Below, piece after piece: positions 49,091 to 62,414 of a DNA stretch of 64,000 nucleotides (the first letter of the stretch is position 1; every line of letters begins with the position of its first letter). Made by a program: the position numbers and the translations under genes. The notes beneath the pieces are model-generated. The model searched no databases. It saw nothing but the letters and a program-made list of their open reading frames with translations, and was not told where the DNA came from. The DNA is from Podarcis tiliguerta (lineage: Eukaryota), in NCBI GenBank assembly GCA_965153285.1, contig OZ229115.1; one strand, 5' to 3'.

Positions 49091-51574
49091 CTTTATAGAG
49101 AAGAAGCCCATAAAAAGTAGCTGTCCAGAATATAACTGTTCACAAGAAGTATCTGGGCTATTACCTTCACTCCCAAAGTTCTTGCTCACGTACATCCTAA
49201 CTAAATGAAAGCACAGAACGAGTGACGGTATCATAATGTCTAGTATAATCAATGTAAAACTTGCTAAGTGTTGTGATTTGGTCACGTTTAAGTAACAGGC
49301 GTTAGATTTAGAAAAAAAACCTATAAGCAGCAATAGCAAAACCTGCAGCTAGGCTTTACTTTGCAAAACAACAACAGCAATAAATGTGTTCAAGTAAAAG
49401 TGTTTAGCTGTATTCTTGCTCATTTTCTTTGGAGGCTGTCTGTTAAAATAGTAGTCATTGCCCAGAAACGCAGAAACCTCAGGCATACTGTATTTCTCAG
49501 AAAGATTAGAAGAGGCTTGGTTTACCCAGTTAACTCTGGGCAACCATATACCAGAAGGCCTGGTGGCATTTGCCACAGCAATATCTCCATTGTGTGTGCA
49601 TTTTCGGTTCATTAAAAAAAGATGTTAATTATGGCCGGTAGTCGAGAATCTTTCTTTTAAAGTCAGTTATCAGCAGTTTCCTTTTGCATGGCTGGCTCGC
49701 TGATGGGGAGCTGTCCGTTTATTTAAAAAACAATGCCTCAGTTATCATATTGTTTAGTGTGGGGCGGGGAAGTGAAGCATTCAAATGCGAACAAATCCAA
49801 AGCAGGAAAGCAACGCAGCAAAAACAGAGAGGGGGGTTCAGGGCAGATTTTACAACCTGAATAAATCAGTTTAATGAAGGAGTTTTGTTGGAGTACTCCA
49901 ACTGACAGGACTTGGCCCTTAGTTATTATTTCATGTATATGTTTTTGAGTATTTTAATTACATGTTTATAATTTCATTCAAAATGAAAATTTATTTTTTA
50001 TTTTTTACAAGTATTACCTCATGTCAATAAAGTACTGAGTACAGTACTTGCTAGTGTATTTGTATCAGGCTTGTACAAAAGATTTTAGTCTATGAGAATT
50101 CGTTTTTTCTTTAGGATACCCTCTGTACATAAAAGGGACAGAAGGTACAACCTTAGATCTTATTCCATATACAAGTAGAAACACAAAAACCTTTAACAAT
50201 TAATAGGTACTCTGTTTACATTCCAGACAATTTATTGCAATGCATCACTCACAATTTATTCAGTAAAATTGATAAACTGTGACTGCCATATCTGTCATGT
50301 AACATGCTGAAGGAAAAATTCCAGTTTTGTCCAATATAAAACATTTAGTTTACTATCATTGATGCTGCTTCTAGAGTTCACAAGCAGAATCCAAGTCCAA
50401 TATTATTCTGTAGTTCCAAGCTGGTACACCTGCTTTTCAGGTAGAAGATCCCAACCAGATTCATTAACTCAGAGATTCTAGGGATGCATATCCTATTAAG
50501 ATGGTAGGCTTGACATTGCTTGTCTCGATCAACCATTGTGCTAATACCATCTCCATTTATATCCATAGGGTGTACATTTTTCTTTTATTCTACAAATAAA
50601 ATACATTTATTCATTTTAGCCTAATAACTGCCAACCTGTTCTCCATGACTCTGTATACAATGGATATCCAGTGTGGCCTATAAGAAACTATTTTTTTTAT
50701 CATGCCTAATGGATGATGTTCCTCTGTGTGTGAAACTTCACTGCTTGGGCAGGAGACAGGGAAGCTATGAGTCTGTGTAGATCTTTGACCTATTCTGATT
50801 GTTGCCTTCTTCATTTTTTTTCCAAATCTGTTTACCTGTTTTGTGAGAGCATGGGAACAAGTATGGGACGAGTGTTTTTTCCATTAGTTATTTGTAAGAT
50901 TCTTATAAAGTATCGGTAACCAAAGCATAAATGAAACACATTAAATCTGCTGATGAACTATTTCAAAAGGTTATGACTTCTTGACTGTCATAATTGGTTT
51001 ATCTGAAAAGATCATTAAAGAACTTGGGGAATTGGATACATATATGCCTTTAAATTAATTCACAGAATAGGCCTTGGGTTAATGGAAGTTTAGCTTTAAT
51101 GCTTAATCAGGAATATGCAAAGAAGCTTGAATTAAGAAGAACCTTTGTATTACTTGTGATTTGAAGCAAATAATCCATGGCATTGTAAAGGGGTTAGGAT
51201 CAATTCTTCCTATTATTTTAGATAGTGTTTTCCATTGCAATTTATTTGAGGTCCAATGTATATGCTCTGAGGAGTTACTGTCAATTGACTACTAGTGTGT
51301 GATGACATTCTGGCCTGTGACCCTTGTGGTTCTATTTGGAACCTTCACTATATTGTTTCTAGAAGGGGGGGATATGAATGCAGTGTGTCTTGGAGTCAAT
51401 AGCTTCTCTAAAGTATGGAACAGGGAAGTGTATCTTCAAACGTTCCAATTTGTCTATGAACAAGTTGCTTTTTGGAAGGGGCCATAGTTTAGTGATAGAG
51501 CACAGGTTTGGCATATGAAAGGTTCCATAAATTGGTAATCTGCATACATTCTACAGTGCTACAATATGATCCAG

Positions 51575-51820
51575 TCTTCTGGTTGTGGTAAAAATATTGG
51601 CAGCACCATTTTGAACTAGTTGAAACTTCTGGAGTGTCCCACCCAAAGCACATGTATAGGGTTGCACTGTAGATTTACCTGTTACTTGTTAGAAAGAAGG
51701 GTAGGATATGTCTAACAAAATAGTATGGATCTGTTTTATCAAGTAGACCCCAGTTTGTGAATGGTCCTATGCATCTATGCAATAAGTAAGAGTAAGGTGA
51801 TTTCTTAAAATAGACAAAAC
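51575..51820 (-). mobile_element. L2 RT C-terminal remnant
   Basis: The reverse complement of 51599-51633 encodes QKFQLVQNGAA (L2 'KLQLVQNAAA'). Confidence 0.55.
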
Positions 51821-53939
51821 CTGGAACACCTGAAATCGTTCAAGATATCCTCCACCTTCTTGTTTTTAGTTATGCAGGTGTTCTTAGCAATTTCAGTGAA
51901 TGAGGATGGGCAGAAGAAATGTTCTGTAGATAGAATTATTTCTATAAATAGAAGGAATTTTCTGAGTATTCTAGAATGGATAAGTGGGTATTTAGAAATC
52001 TTATACAGAGAATCCTAAACCTGCTGATAGCATAATGTAGTCAGGCATAACTATACTTTTAAAAAGATATTTGGTTTGCTTCCTGATACCATTAACACAC
52101 TGTAGTGTGAAGTTGACATATAATGTAATGTACATCTGATTTGGGAGATAATCTAAATAGTGAATCAGTTTATGTTCCAGCTGTGAGTGTGTACAATTCT
52201 GAGCCTGCTTTGATCTGGAAAATTAAAATCAGGTTTTTTGAAGCATAGCCCCACAGATTGTTCAGCATTTAGTGGAAGGAACACTGTCTAAACTTGATTT
52301 ACTGCATATTTCAGGCAAACAGACCTTTGAAAAAGCATTGACCTCATGCTAGCTTCTCAGAAAGCTTTGTTAAGTATTCCCTCTTAATCCCAGTTTGCAG
52401 GTGACCTTAGTTTGAGATGTGCTATTCTTTAACAAGGGTTCATTTGCCAGTTCTTTTGGATTTCTCAAAGTCCTTTATATAAGACAACGTAAGAGGCTGA
52501 TTTAATTATTCTTATACACTTAACTAACAATCCTCCCTGTCTCAGTTCAGCAGCTGTAGAATGCACTCCCCTTCCTTAAGTGAACTGGTTAGAGAGTTGA
52601 GAAGGTTACTTGAGGTATTGAAACAGGGCATGTAGGTAAAAGTAGATGATCTTATGCAGTGTTAATCTGGATTATGTTGGAGAAATTAGTTTTGATTTTG
52701 ATTTTCGCAGATAAAGCCATTTCTTTTTAAACAATTATGTCTCAGCACACTTGTCTCTATTTTACATTATATAATAATTTTTATTCAGCAAATTTAAATA
52801 CTTGAATGCTCCAATGAATTAGTTCTGTTGCTTAGTAATGAACAGCATGATGTAAAAGACTTTTGTGTTATTGTGGTCTGTATTTAGAGTACTCCTAAAA
52901 TATAGTAGTGAAATTGAAATAGGGAAATCAGTGTTTGGTTTCTTGAAAAGATCTCTGTGTGTTTTTAAACACATTCAAAGTGTAAGTTTCTAGCCCTCAT
53001 AGTAGATGAATCTGAAATGTTCAACCAGCCTCCTCCAAAATCTGTGGGACTCTTATCAAATTCCAGACCCTTTCTGTTTCTTCCAACCCACTTATTATCC
53101 TCAGAACCAGCTCTATAGATTCGAAAGATAACATTCACAACATTAATTTTGGAAGGTAAACAATGTATGTAGGTTGGGATAACTTTGAAAACAGAATCTA
53201 GGTTTCCTTGGCAAAGCCTTTATGTATAATTACTTTAGAGAAGTAGGAAGCTTTTTGATACAGCAAGAACATGGTCCCTCCTGTATGTTCCTTGGTGGGA
53301 TTTCTCTGGCGCATTGATTATGACTGAGGACTTGTTAGTATCTGCACCTGAGGGAAGTAAAAGCATTGAATGCACTTTACTCTAACTGCAGGAGGGATAT
53401 TTGCTTTGTCAACCAAGTGGGTCACTGTCATTGGAACTACCAAAGGAGAATAACCAGAAACGATGGTGCCCTCCTCGAAAGAATTCTACAACTGATGATT
53501 TGATAGACTGGCTCTGCCACATGAACCATCTATTCTAGGACAGTTGATCTTTTGTTCTGTAGAGCACAGTGCACTTCCCAGTGGGGATTCAGAGCAGCAT
53601 CAGCATCGCTGGATCCTCAGGGAGAATGCCCTTGCTTTCTCTGAATGACCACCAGAACAAGAAGACTGAGTGATACTTTCAAATTCACCCTTAATTAATG
53701 AGCACATGCACATTTAAGGCAATGATAGCAAACTGTTGACCTACAGCTAACCCAGCAGAAAAAGGCTATTTAAAGCTATTTGTTTCTAAAGACTGCCTTT
53801 AGTTGATAATGAGAAACAATTTGATTCATTTGCTCCCATGTTTTCCTTTCCTTTCTTTTTTTGTTGAAGGAACATTGTCATGCTACACACTGAATTTATT
53901 AAATGGACTATATGAATGTTCTAGTGCTATTTAATATTC

Positions 53940-55200
53940 TCATACAGCCATGGAATTTAGATCTAATAGGTCATTGTGTCCTGCTATTACATGATTGCTC
54001 CCTACAGCATATTTACTCTGTGTATTGACTGTCCGGCTTAGTTTTTAACCACTTCCCTTGGGAGATTCTTCTGCAGCCCAGTCTATCTTATTGCAAGGAC
54101 AGTTTTCTAAATCTCCACAATAATTTTTCCTTTCTTAATTTAATCACTTAGTTCTTAGTTTTATCATCCCGTATTACTCTTCTTGATGTTTATACTATTA
54201 AATATTTAGAGTCTTCTCTGATGTTATTGTATAATCAAGCTGTAAACGTTTAGCTCTTTGAAGTGTTCATCATTTAATCCATTTCTCTAGTCCCCTAATT
54301 AGTTTGGTGGCTGTTCTTTGATACTTTGCGTACTGGGCTACAACACTGAGCATCAGCTGAAGGATTAGGAATTTTCAGTATTGTGTAGGTTGATTGTTAA
54401 ATAGATCAGTGGAAAGAAAAGACCACATGTCAGTGGAGTAGACAGGTGTATCTTAAACACCTGGTGGTGCTCCTTGTGGTTTTGTTTTGATGTACTTGTT
54501 TACACAATCTGCATGCCTATGTCTCCTGATATCCATACTGCTCCCCCACCATTTCCTAGAAAGTGGGCATTTCTCCTGGTTTCAAATGAATATAGGACCA
54601 TTCCCTTCTGCTTGAGGCGAGGAAAGCAGGAGAAGAGTACATGAAGGAGTACAGGAGGCCCTCTGTTAGTCACTCTGCATATACAATTGTCTGTGGAGTG
54701 ACAAGAATATCATATGGGTTTTAAGAAAAATATTTTAGAAAATCAACTAGATTAAATATTGTTTTTTTCTGGTCTGTTGTAGTTCTTGTGCAGAAATTGC
54801 ATTGACCTTTGACACCATATTGAATCATAAGAATGTATCATTTCCCCCTAGTTTGTAATCTGTTTTGGCCTTGTTACTTTCTAATTTTTCACCTTATTCT
54901 TGATTTGCTTTTCCATTGTTCCAGCTCCTTGTTTAAAAGTAATTTGCTTTTTGGATACCTTTTCACATTTCTCACATTATTATTCTCTGTATCCCTTGGT
55001 TTATACAATATACCAGTTTAAATTGATGATAAAGTTTTTTGTACCATGCAATGAATGAGAATGCTGAAGAAGAAAGATATAGGACTTACATTTTTACATC
55101 ATTTCCGCCTTCCCACCTTGAATCCACATTAGCCATACCTACTCAACTCATGAAATTACTATTTGGTATTACCTAGATAAAGTTCTATTAAATACAATGG
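53940..55200 (-). mobile_element. Ancient fragmented CR1/L3-like LINE (pieces at ~53940-54355 and ~54800-55200)
   Basis: T-rich decayed antisense ORF2-like sequence. AGTCCCCTAATTAGTTTGGTGGCTGTTCTTTGA read in reverse gives QRTATKLIRG. Confidence 0.45.
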
Positions 55201-55294
55201 ATTGGATCTTACAAAGTTCTTAGCTCACATTCCTCTTAACATAGTATGAATCAGGCAGAAACAAAGTATGCATGAAGATGTTGAGATGTTCCTG

Positions 55295-55546
55295 AGGGCT
55301 GGGCTAGAACTAATGACTGGAAGTGGCAAGGAAGCAAATTTTGGCTAAGCATCAGGAGAAACTTCCTAATGTGAGAGCTGTTTTAGGATGAAACAGATCA
55401 ATTTAGGAGGTGCTTAGCTTTCCTTCTCTGGAGGTATTTAAGCAGAATATGGATAGTCACCTGTCAGGGATACTGTATTTTCATGCATTGGCCAGAAGGT
55501 TTAATTAGGTGGCCTGCAAAATCCCTTCCGCCTTGAAAATTCTGTG
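55295..55546 (+). mobile_element. Old CR1 3' end
   Basis: CTAAGCATCAGGAGAAACTTCCTAA.GTGAGAGCTG...CCTTCTCTGGAGGTATTTAAGCAG...CCCTTCC...ATTCTGTG aligns by eye to 47920-48149. Confidence 0.8.
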
Positions 55547-56034
55547 CCACATTACAGATGCCCACAAAAGTAGAAATATTATTGTAACTGTATCAAAATA
55601 CCTGGCTCAGAAAAGCAGAATTTATCATTTACTTCAGAGGAAGGCACCAGCTCATTTGATATTTGAAATCAAAGCATGATGCCTATATTTTGTGCTTTAA
55701 ATGACTGAGGCTGAAAGTTTGCATAGGATTGTACCCTTAAGCTTGCATTGGCAAAGTTCTCTATGGCCAAGAACCATAATCTTATTGCACTGTTTGTTTC
55801 AGTGAATGGATGTGAAGCAGTCCCTTAGGTTATGCCACCTATTTTCTAATGAAAGTAAGCAAGATTTCAAGGTTCATAGAAGTGTCAGTGAAGCATATAG
55901 ATAATTGATCTAGCACCCCACCGGCTATGCATTCTGGCCCACCATGTCTCCCATACATCTGTCTGTTTTTATCTGCCTTACTAGAACTGCAAAAACTGGG
56001 TTTTCAAGCACCTGGTGGACCAAAGTACCTGGCT

Positions 56035-56145
56035 AGAAATTTATGCTGGTGTGGTTCTTAGTTAAAACTTAGTATTTAAGATGTCACAAGAAGATTCCTA
56101 GTTGTTTTTGCTGCAGCAGATTAACATGGCTACTATTCTTTGAAA
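56035..56145 (+). mobile_element. Penelope-like element terminal repeat remnant
   Basis: TTAGTATTTAAGATGTCACAAGA...GTTGTTTTTGCTGCAGCAGATTAACATGGCTAC resembles the reptile Penelope end (TTAGTCTTTAAGGTGCCACAAG...CAGACTAACACGGCTAC). Confidence 0.55.
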
Positions 56146-56464
56146 TAGTTTGAGAAGCAGAAACACGTGACTGTTTTCTTGCCCTTTCTCGTGCCATGCC
56201 ACCATGGTGTCATGTCATCTCTGTGTTGTTTCCTCGTCCATAAAGGAGAATGGCACTGAGGTCCCACCCCCCACCCTCCAAAGGGCTTTTTCCAAGGTTT
56301 TGTTCATTATTGTTTGTAAAGTGCTTTGGGGAACATCTCTGAGAGACATGCAAGGCATCATTATGGTTAATAATCCATTATTTAAAATATTTGGGACCAT
56401 TGAGAAAAATAATGACATGTATGTAGTGGAGTGGTTAATGCGATTGCATCTCTTACAGGTTTCA

Positions 56465-56724
56465 NNNNNNNNNNNNNNNNNNNNNNNNNNNNNNNNNNNN
56501 NNNNNNNNNNNNNNNNNNNNNNNNNNNNNNNNNNNNNNNNNNNNNNNNNNNNNNNNNNNNNNNNNNNNNNNNNNNNNNNNNNNNNNNNNNNNNNNNNNNN
56601 NNNNNNNNNNNNNNNNNNNNNNNNNNNNNNNNNNNNNNNNNNNNNNNNNNNNNNNNNNNNNNNNNNNNNNNNNNNNNNNNNNNNNNNNNNNNNNNNNNNN
56701 NNNNNNNNNNNNNNNNNNNNNNNN
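56465..56724. other. Assembly gap (260 N)
   Basis: Run of N. Confidence 1.
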
Positions 56725-57183
56725 AAATAACATAGCTAAGCCTTTTCCTAGTAAAATGATGGATTCTGTGGCATTAAAGCGAATATTTATATTTCTGGCA
56801 TTTTGATTACTTCTGTCTATATTTACACTAATGCACAATGAAGAAAAACACAATTGGATAGAATATTGATGCTGTTAGTTTTATTTGATTATTGTTTGAG
56901 CATTTTAAAGTACCCTTTAGGTGCACATGTTGTAGGATTTTATGCAGTATCATATTTTGTATCCATTTGCTGCATATGCTGTTTCAGTGATTTAAAAATA
57001 AAATAAAAGTCCCAATCTAGAGAATCCCTGTGGGCTCAGGAGCCCAAATGCATATGGGGCATTCCTACACATTCAAAGGTTTTCCTATGCAAAGCAATAC
57101 TTGGGACATTTATATGTGTACATGACCATTTAGTACCTCATCGCAGTCAATGGGGGAGACCTTGCTATTATGAAACTCTACAT

Positions 57184-57310
57184 AGGCATGGGGACCATGG
57201 CCCTCCAGATAGCATTGGACCACCCCTTCCATCAGACTTGACCATGAAAGCCGAGGCTGATGGGAGCTGGACTCCAACCACATCTGGAGGACATCAGCTC
57301 CTCATCCCAG
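57184..57310. mobile_element. Fold-back hAT-type MITE common in squamates
   Basis: Arms GGCCCTCCAGAT...TTGGAC...CCATCAG and CTGATGG...CTCCAA...ATCTGGAGG. Confidence 0.7.
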
Positions 57311-58118
57311 CTATATATATATCCACTGAGAAATCTCTCAAACTCTGGATTTATAGACTAGGACCATTCAGTCTACCAATTATTGCTTCTGAGCAACTTT
57401 CCATCTTTTAAAAAATCCATACATATTTATTTATTTAGAAGATTTTGATTGAATGATTCTCAAGGTGACTTAGAACAGATTGCAACAGTACAAAAACAAA
57501 CAAAACACACACCACACACTGACAGCTCTCTTTAGTCCTCTGGCTGATGAATGGGGCCATAGAGTGTTTTCTCTCTAGGTCTGTACTTTAGAGTGTACCT
57601 CTTGGCAGGGAAGGAGAAAGCATGATTCTTCCAATTGCTCTGGGACTAGGGAGTCTTCTCCTCGCTGTGATATTCTTTCTGAGAGGCAGGGGATGCAACA
57701 TCCTGCTATCCTTAGTTTTCTGCCCCAAAGCAGCCAGTATGGGGAGCTGCCATTGCAGAGCCAGCACCCTGGCAATGATGTCACTGCAGGGACAGGGCTG
57801 GGCAACTTCAACCTCGCTACCAACTTGCCCCACCAGGTAAGAAGCAGTAACAGCTGCTGGGAGACGAGCTTTGCTGCACAAGCCACTCCTTTTCCTTCTG
57901 CAGTCTCCATCCATCTTCCAATCCGCATGTACTTGGTGCATTGTATGTAGAATTGGAAAATTCCTACATGCATTGTTGCTTTAGATTGTGGTCATTTTAT
58001 TCTGGTGCTTATGAATTTTAAATATATTTTATCAAGGTCTCATCACAACCATTTCCAGATTTGAGAAACACCTTGGCAGTCAGATCTGAGTTCTCCACCA
58101 GTGCATTTTATAAAGTTT

Positions 58119-58255
58119 TATAGGTGTAGCCAAGGTGGGGGCGGGGGCAACTACCCCCCCCATCAAGTAAAAATAACAAAACTTAACTAACTGAAGTTCT
58201 GCCCCCTCAACATAAAGCCTGCCCCTCCCTAACATAAATCCTGGCTACACCCATG
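58119..58255. mobile_element. hAT-type MITE
   Basis: TIRs TATAGGTGTAGCCAAG and CCTGGCTACACCCATG. Flanks TAAAGTTT and TACACTTT match at 6/8. Confidence 0.7.
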
Positions 58256-58356
58256 TACACTTTCAATCATTTCAGTATGCTTATTCAACAGGAGGACAGT
58301 TTATAGTGTGCTTTTAAACTATATGGTTATTTGTTAAGTAAATTCTGCAATTCAGA

Positions 58357-58430
58357 GGCTGCAGTTTTGAACATGCTGACCAGAGACTATGGGGCTTATT
58401 TCTGAGTAGATGAGGACAGGATTGCACTGT
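58357..58430. mobile_element. Short palindromic MITE remnant (same family as 4101-4170)
   Basis: GGCTGCAG...ATGGGGCTTATTTCTGAGTAGA...AGGATTGCACTG. Confidence 0.45.
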
Positions 58431-59169
58431 ACATGATACTACTGATAAAAAGAGAGGACCCAGATTCTTCTTGTATCAAATAAGTTATGATTTAAAATTG
58501 GGATGTGTATGTAATTTGATTAATAGATAATCTGCACGAGAGGATTAAACTTTTTCTCTCTCTGTGGTGTTTGAAATTGTAAGAGGTGAGCATCTTTTTG
58601 ATCTTGTAGGCCACCTATTAAATAGAGCTATTTCATTTTAAGCTGTCCCTCTGTACACATAACTTAGGCTACCTTTCCCAGTGTGTATTCCTGGTCTGTT
58701 TAAAATAGATTAGGGTTTTACATATATTTTGTTTTGATGTCTGGTACTGAGTATACAAGAGCTAATCATCTTGACCTTTCTGACAAACAGAGCAACAGAA
58801 GGATGCATCTCTCAGAGTTAATTCTGTCTTGTTCTCAGTGGGAACAGAACATTCCTCTGTGATCCTCTTTCACATGATTCACTCAGGCCTCCTGGAAGCC
58901 ACTCTTGATACTATTAGTGCTGGGATACTTAGGTCTAAAGTAGATCGACAGTAGTGACATCACAGACCATTTGTGGTTTAGAGACAGATTGGACCAGGCA
59001 AGTGGAGTTGTTAAGACTCATATTAAGGAAACAGTAGAAATTGAGATTAAATAGCAGAGTATTTTTTTTGCATTTTTTACAGTTTTCATTTTCATCTACT
59101 TAAGACCAGATTTAAGAAAGAAACAAGGGATTTCAATGAACTTAACAACCTGATCTAAATAACCTGATA

Positions 59170-60190
59170 ATGAAATCCTTTATTAGGCTATATTTGGTAC
59201 CAGTTAAGAGATGACAACACATAAAACGGCAACCAGTGTTTCAGCATATATAATTTTATTTAAACAATTCCATCAGCAATCTGAGAAGCTATATTTATTT
59301 CCAAGAATTTTTTTTGGATATAGCAAGTATATTTAAATGAAATTTAAATTTAAATGAAAATTAAATTGCCTTAAATTACTTGAATCTCTTTCAGTCAGAA
59401 AACAAACAAACTTGGAAGTGTATACTATACACTGTTTCTTTCTGATGCAACACAATAAATGTTGCTGTATTTTCAAACTGACAGTAAATAAATACCAAGA
59501 AATTGTTGCGAATCTGTCTATAGGATGTCACCAAGTTTTGCAGGAGTGATTCTTCAGTTTACACTCGTGTTTAACACTTGTGTCTTGTTCTACCTCTGGA
59601 TTCCAAAACTACAGTACAACAGTTTTTATTTGCTTGCCTTCTGTTTAGTTTCACAATTATTTATCAATGATGAAGCAGGTCCAGTCGTTCCTGATTGGCT
59701 TAAGGTCCAGTGGGTTATTAAGAGTTCTCTTCTTGCCCTTTGGTTCATCCTAGAGTACCTTTCCTCATCAACACTAGAGTAGCCATTATCTTGTCATTGC
59801 AATGAAGCAGGTTTTTTTTTAAAATGATTTTATGTACACATTGACCTGAAAGTGACCCTAGCTGGTGAGCAAGGGAGTGTAGTTATAGGGGACGGGAAAA
59901 GGCAGAGGAGTATCACTCCTGATGATATCAGCTCAGAATCAATCACTTCTGAGATACTTTGTGTTATAACTCTGATAATTTCCCACTTGTCTTCTTCACC
60001 GAGGTAAGTTTTTAACAACGCTTCCTCTAGACTAGCATCCTGTCCTTCCCACAGCCTCCTCCCTGACTTTCCCACCACTTATGATGACTACCACACCTGT
60101 TTCTCTTGCCGCTGTTGTGCCCACCTTGCATTTTCTTTGGGTGCTACTGCCGTTTCAGATGATCTCTTTAGCCAGAGAATTGCTATGGAA
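59170..60190 (-). pseudogene. Possible decayed processed-pseudogene fragment (parent unknown)
   Basis: The - strand has a purine-rich coding-like segment (KKPASLQ*QDNGYSSVDEE; DEPKGKKRTL). It grades into an AT-rich UTR-like segment with AATAAA at ~59179-59184. Confidence 0.2.
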
Positions 60191-60199
60191 GTGTTCATT

Positions 60200-60790
60200 T
60201 AATTATTTATTTAACATATTTCTAGAGTGCCTTGCAGCCATAATGGCTCCCAAGGCAGTGTGCTATTAAAAAAACACCCAACAATTCGGCATCTAAAAAT
60301 AAATCTAGGGAGAAAAAAAGAAAAAGTCAGAACAACCAATATGCAATACCAGAATAAGCAAAGCACCACCACCAATGAATCACTTAATCTAAGCGCTGAA
60401 GGCGTGGTGGGAAAGCTTTCCTTATACAGTGGTACCTCGGTTTACAGACGCTTCAGGTTACAGACTCCACTAACCCAGAAATAGCACCTCGGGTTAAGAA
60501 CTTTGCTTCAGGATGAGAACAGGAATTGGGCGGCAGCGGGAGGCCCCATTAGCTAAAGTGGTACCTCAGGTTAAGAACAGTTTCAGATTAAGAACGGACC
60601 TCCAGAACAAATTAAGTTCTTAACCCGAGGTACCACTGTACTCTAAAAAGGGAGGAGACGTGTTCTTGTCAAGCATCCAATCAGGAAGAGTTCCACAGAA
60701 CAGGGCCACCACATAAAATGAACTGTTCCTTATTGAGGATAGCCGGGCATTTACAATTAATAGAACTTGGAGGATGGCTTCATTTATAGG
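60200..60790 (-). mobile_element. L2 3' fragment split by MITE copy 6
   Basis: Reversed L2 terminus (TTATTTATTT...CTCCCAAGGCAGTG) to the left of the MITE and GGAAGAGTTCCACAG..CAGGGCCACCAC (LWNS motif, reversed) to the right. Confidence 0.6.
60427..60638. mobile_element. Tc1/mariner MITE, copy 6
   Basis: TA|CAGTGGTACCTCGG ... CCGAGGTACCACTG|TA. Confidence 0.93.
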
Positions 60791-62189
60791 CCTTGCTACA
60801 GTAGTGTTTGCACAGCCTCACTTCAGGCTTTAAAGAGATATCGGCTATTTAAATTCTGTAGCAGAAGAGAAAGCAAGAGGACATAGCTACAGACTAAAAA
60901 CCCTTGGAAAGTGGGGGAGCAAAAGGACAGAGAAGGAAAATACATTCTGGGGCACTGGGCAGTGGAGGGGAGGAGGAGAAAATAAGCAGGGGACGTGCCC
61001 GTGCCCCATTAAAAGTTATTTGCACCATTGACTTAGAATAATACTGATAGCGAAGAGAGATTGGAAAAGCGGGTGGGGGGAAGCATTGCATTATTTATTG
61101 AAGGATTATGTTGCCAGTGAGTTGAGGAGATATTAAAATACAGTAGAAAACCCCCTGACTGAGTCTTGGTTATCTGAAATACATGGCTACACAAACCAGT
61201 GTATATATTCCTTGAAGCTTCTGGAAAATGTGATTGTATGTAGAAAGTGCTTATGCTGAGCTAGGTATCTGATTATCTGAATACTTTACATGTTCAGATG
61301 TGGGAGGTTGAACAATTCTTCTGAGACTTGAGGCATTCCTACTTTCTTTTCTTGGTTGTTTTGCAATTGGAGGAGGCAGGATTTGTTTATACACTGGACA
61401 CAATCTGGAGAAAGTTAAATTTGCCTCAAGTTTAGTCTTGAGAATAGGATCTTGCCTTCAGGCAAGGAAATTGCATTTTCTCTCTCTTTTAGATCACAAA
61501 TAGTAGACCATGTTGGCATGTGTGCATAGATGGGTCAAACATATCATGGTCTTATTTGCAAGGCTCCTCAAGTTCCATGTCAATTCAATGTGATGTGATT
61601 TATTATTTTTTAGCATTTTTATTCCACTCTTTGGCTCAGAAAGTTTCCCAGAGTGGCTTATATAAGATTGATAACCAACATGGCAATCCCTACCTGCAGG
61701 CTTAAAGTCTAAAAGACACTATACACATGGATAAGCGGGTTGGGAGGTATGAGGAAGAGGCAAACAAACTCATTTGCAAGTTGTTATGAGGATCAGCTTG
61801 AATGGAAGCATCTGAGGGAGAAGAGTTGAGGCTGTATGAAACTGGACTTGTGAGCCAAACCAATGGAGTGGTCCTGCTTCCTTTCTGCCCCTCTGTTCCC
61901 ACCAGGTATTTTTAATGTAGCTTGCTTAAAATACTCAGCCAGTAGACTTAAGTCACATGAGGTTGGATCCATTTTCAATTTATTGCAAGATCCTTGTGCA
62001 AGAACAGAGAATTGAAATCTAACAGTTTTCTTCATTAGTGCAAGATGTTGCACGAGCATTTGCTCAAGGCTTCAACATACGTGGCTGTGCTAAGTATTTG
62101 TTGTAGGAAGTCACATACAATAGTTTGAGGAACAGGTTCACATAATTTAATCTGCTCTCTAAACCAACCCATTGATTACAGTGGGACTT

Positions 62190-62414
62190 GTTTATTTATT
62201 TAATGTACAGCCCACCTCCCCTCCTATTAGCTCAAGGTGGTGTACATGAACATATTCTTTATTTTATCCTCACAGAAATCATGTGAGGACGTTTAGACTG
62301 AGAATTGGTGACTGGCCTAAAGTCACAAAGTGATCTGTGATGCTGAGTGGCGGCTTCAGCCTGGTCTTCTGGTCCTCATCTGACATTCAGTCTCACCACT
62401 GCACCACAGTGGCT
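62190..62414 (-). mobile_element. Old CORE/MIR-like SINE
   Basis: TTTTATCCTCACA...TGTGAGG...AGACTGAGA...GTGACTGGCCTAAAGTCAC...CACCACTGCACCACAGTGGCT. Confidence 0.7.

Noticed and set aside
56204-56853. 200-aa and 212-aa ORFs
   Set aside because: These are artefacts of reading through the N gap.
59830-60009. + strand exon ending at the strong donor GAG|GTAAGT (~60003)
   Set aside because: There is no good polypyrimidine acceptor upstream and the peptide is unrecognisable.
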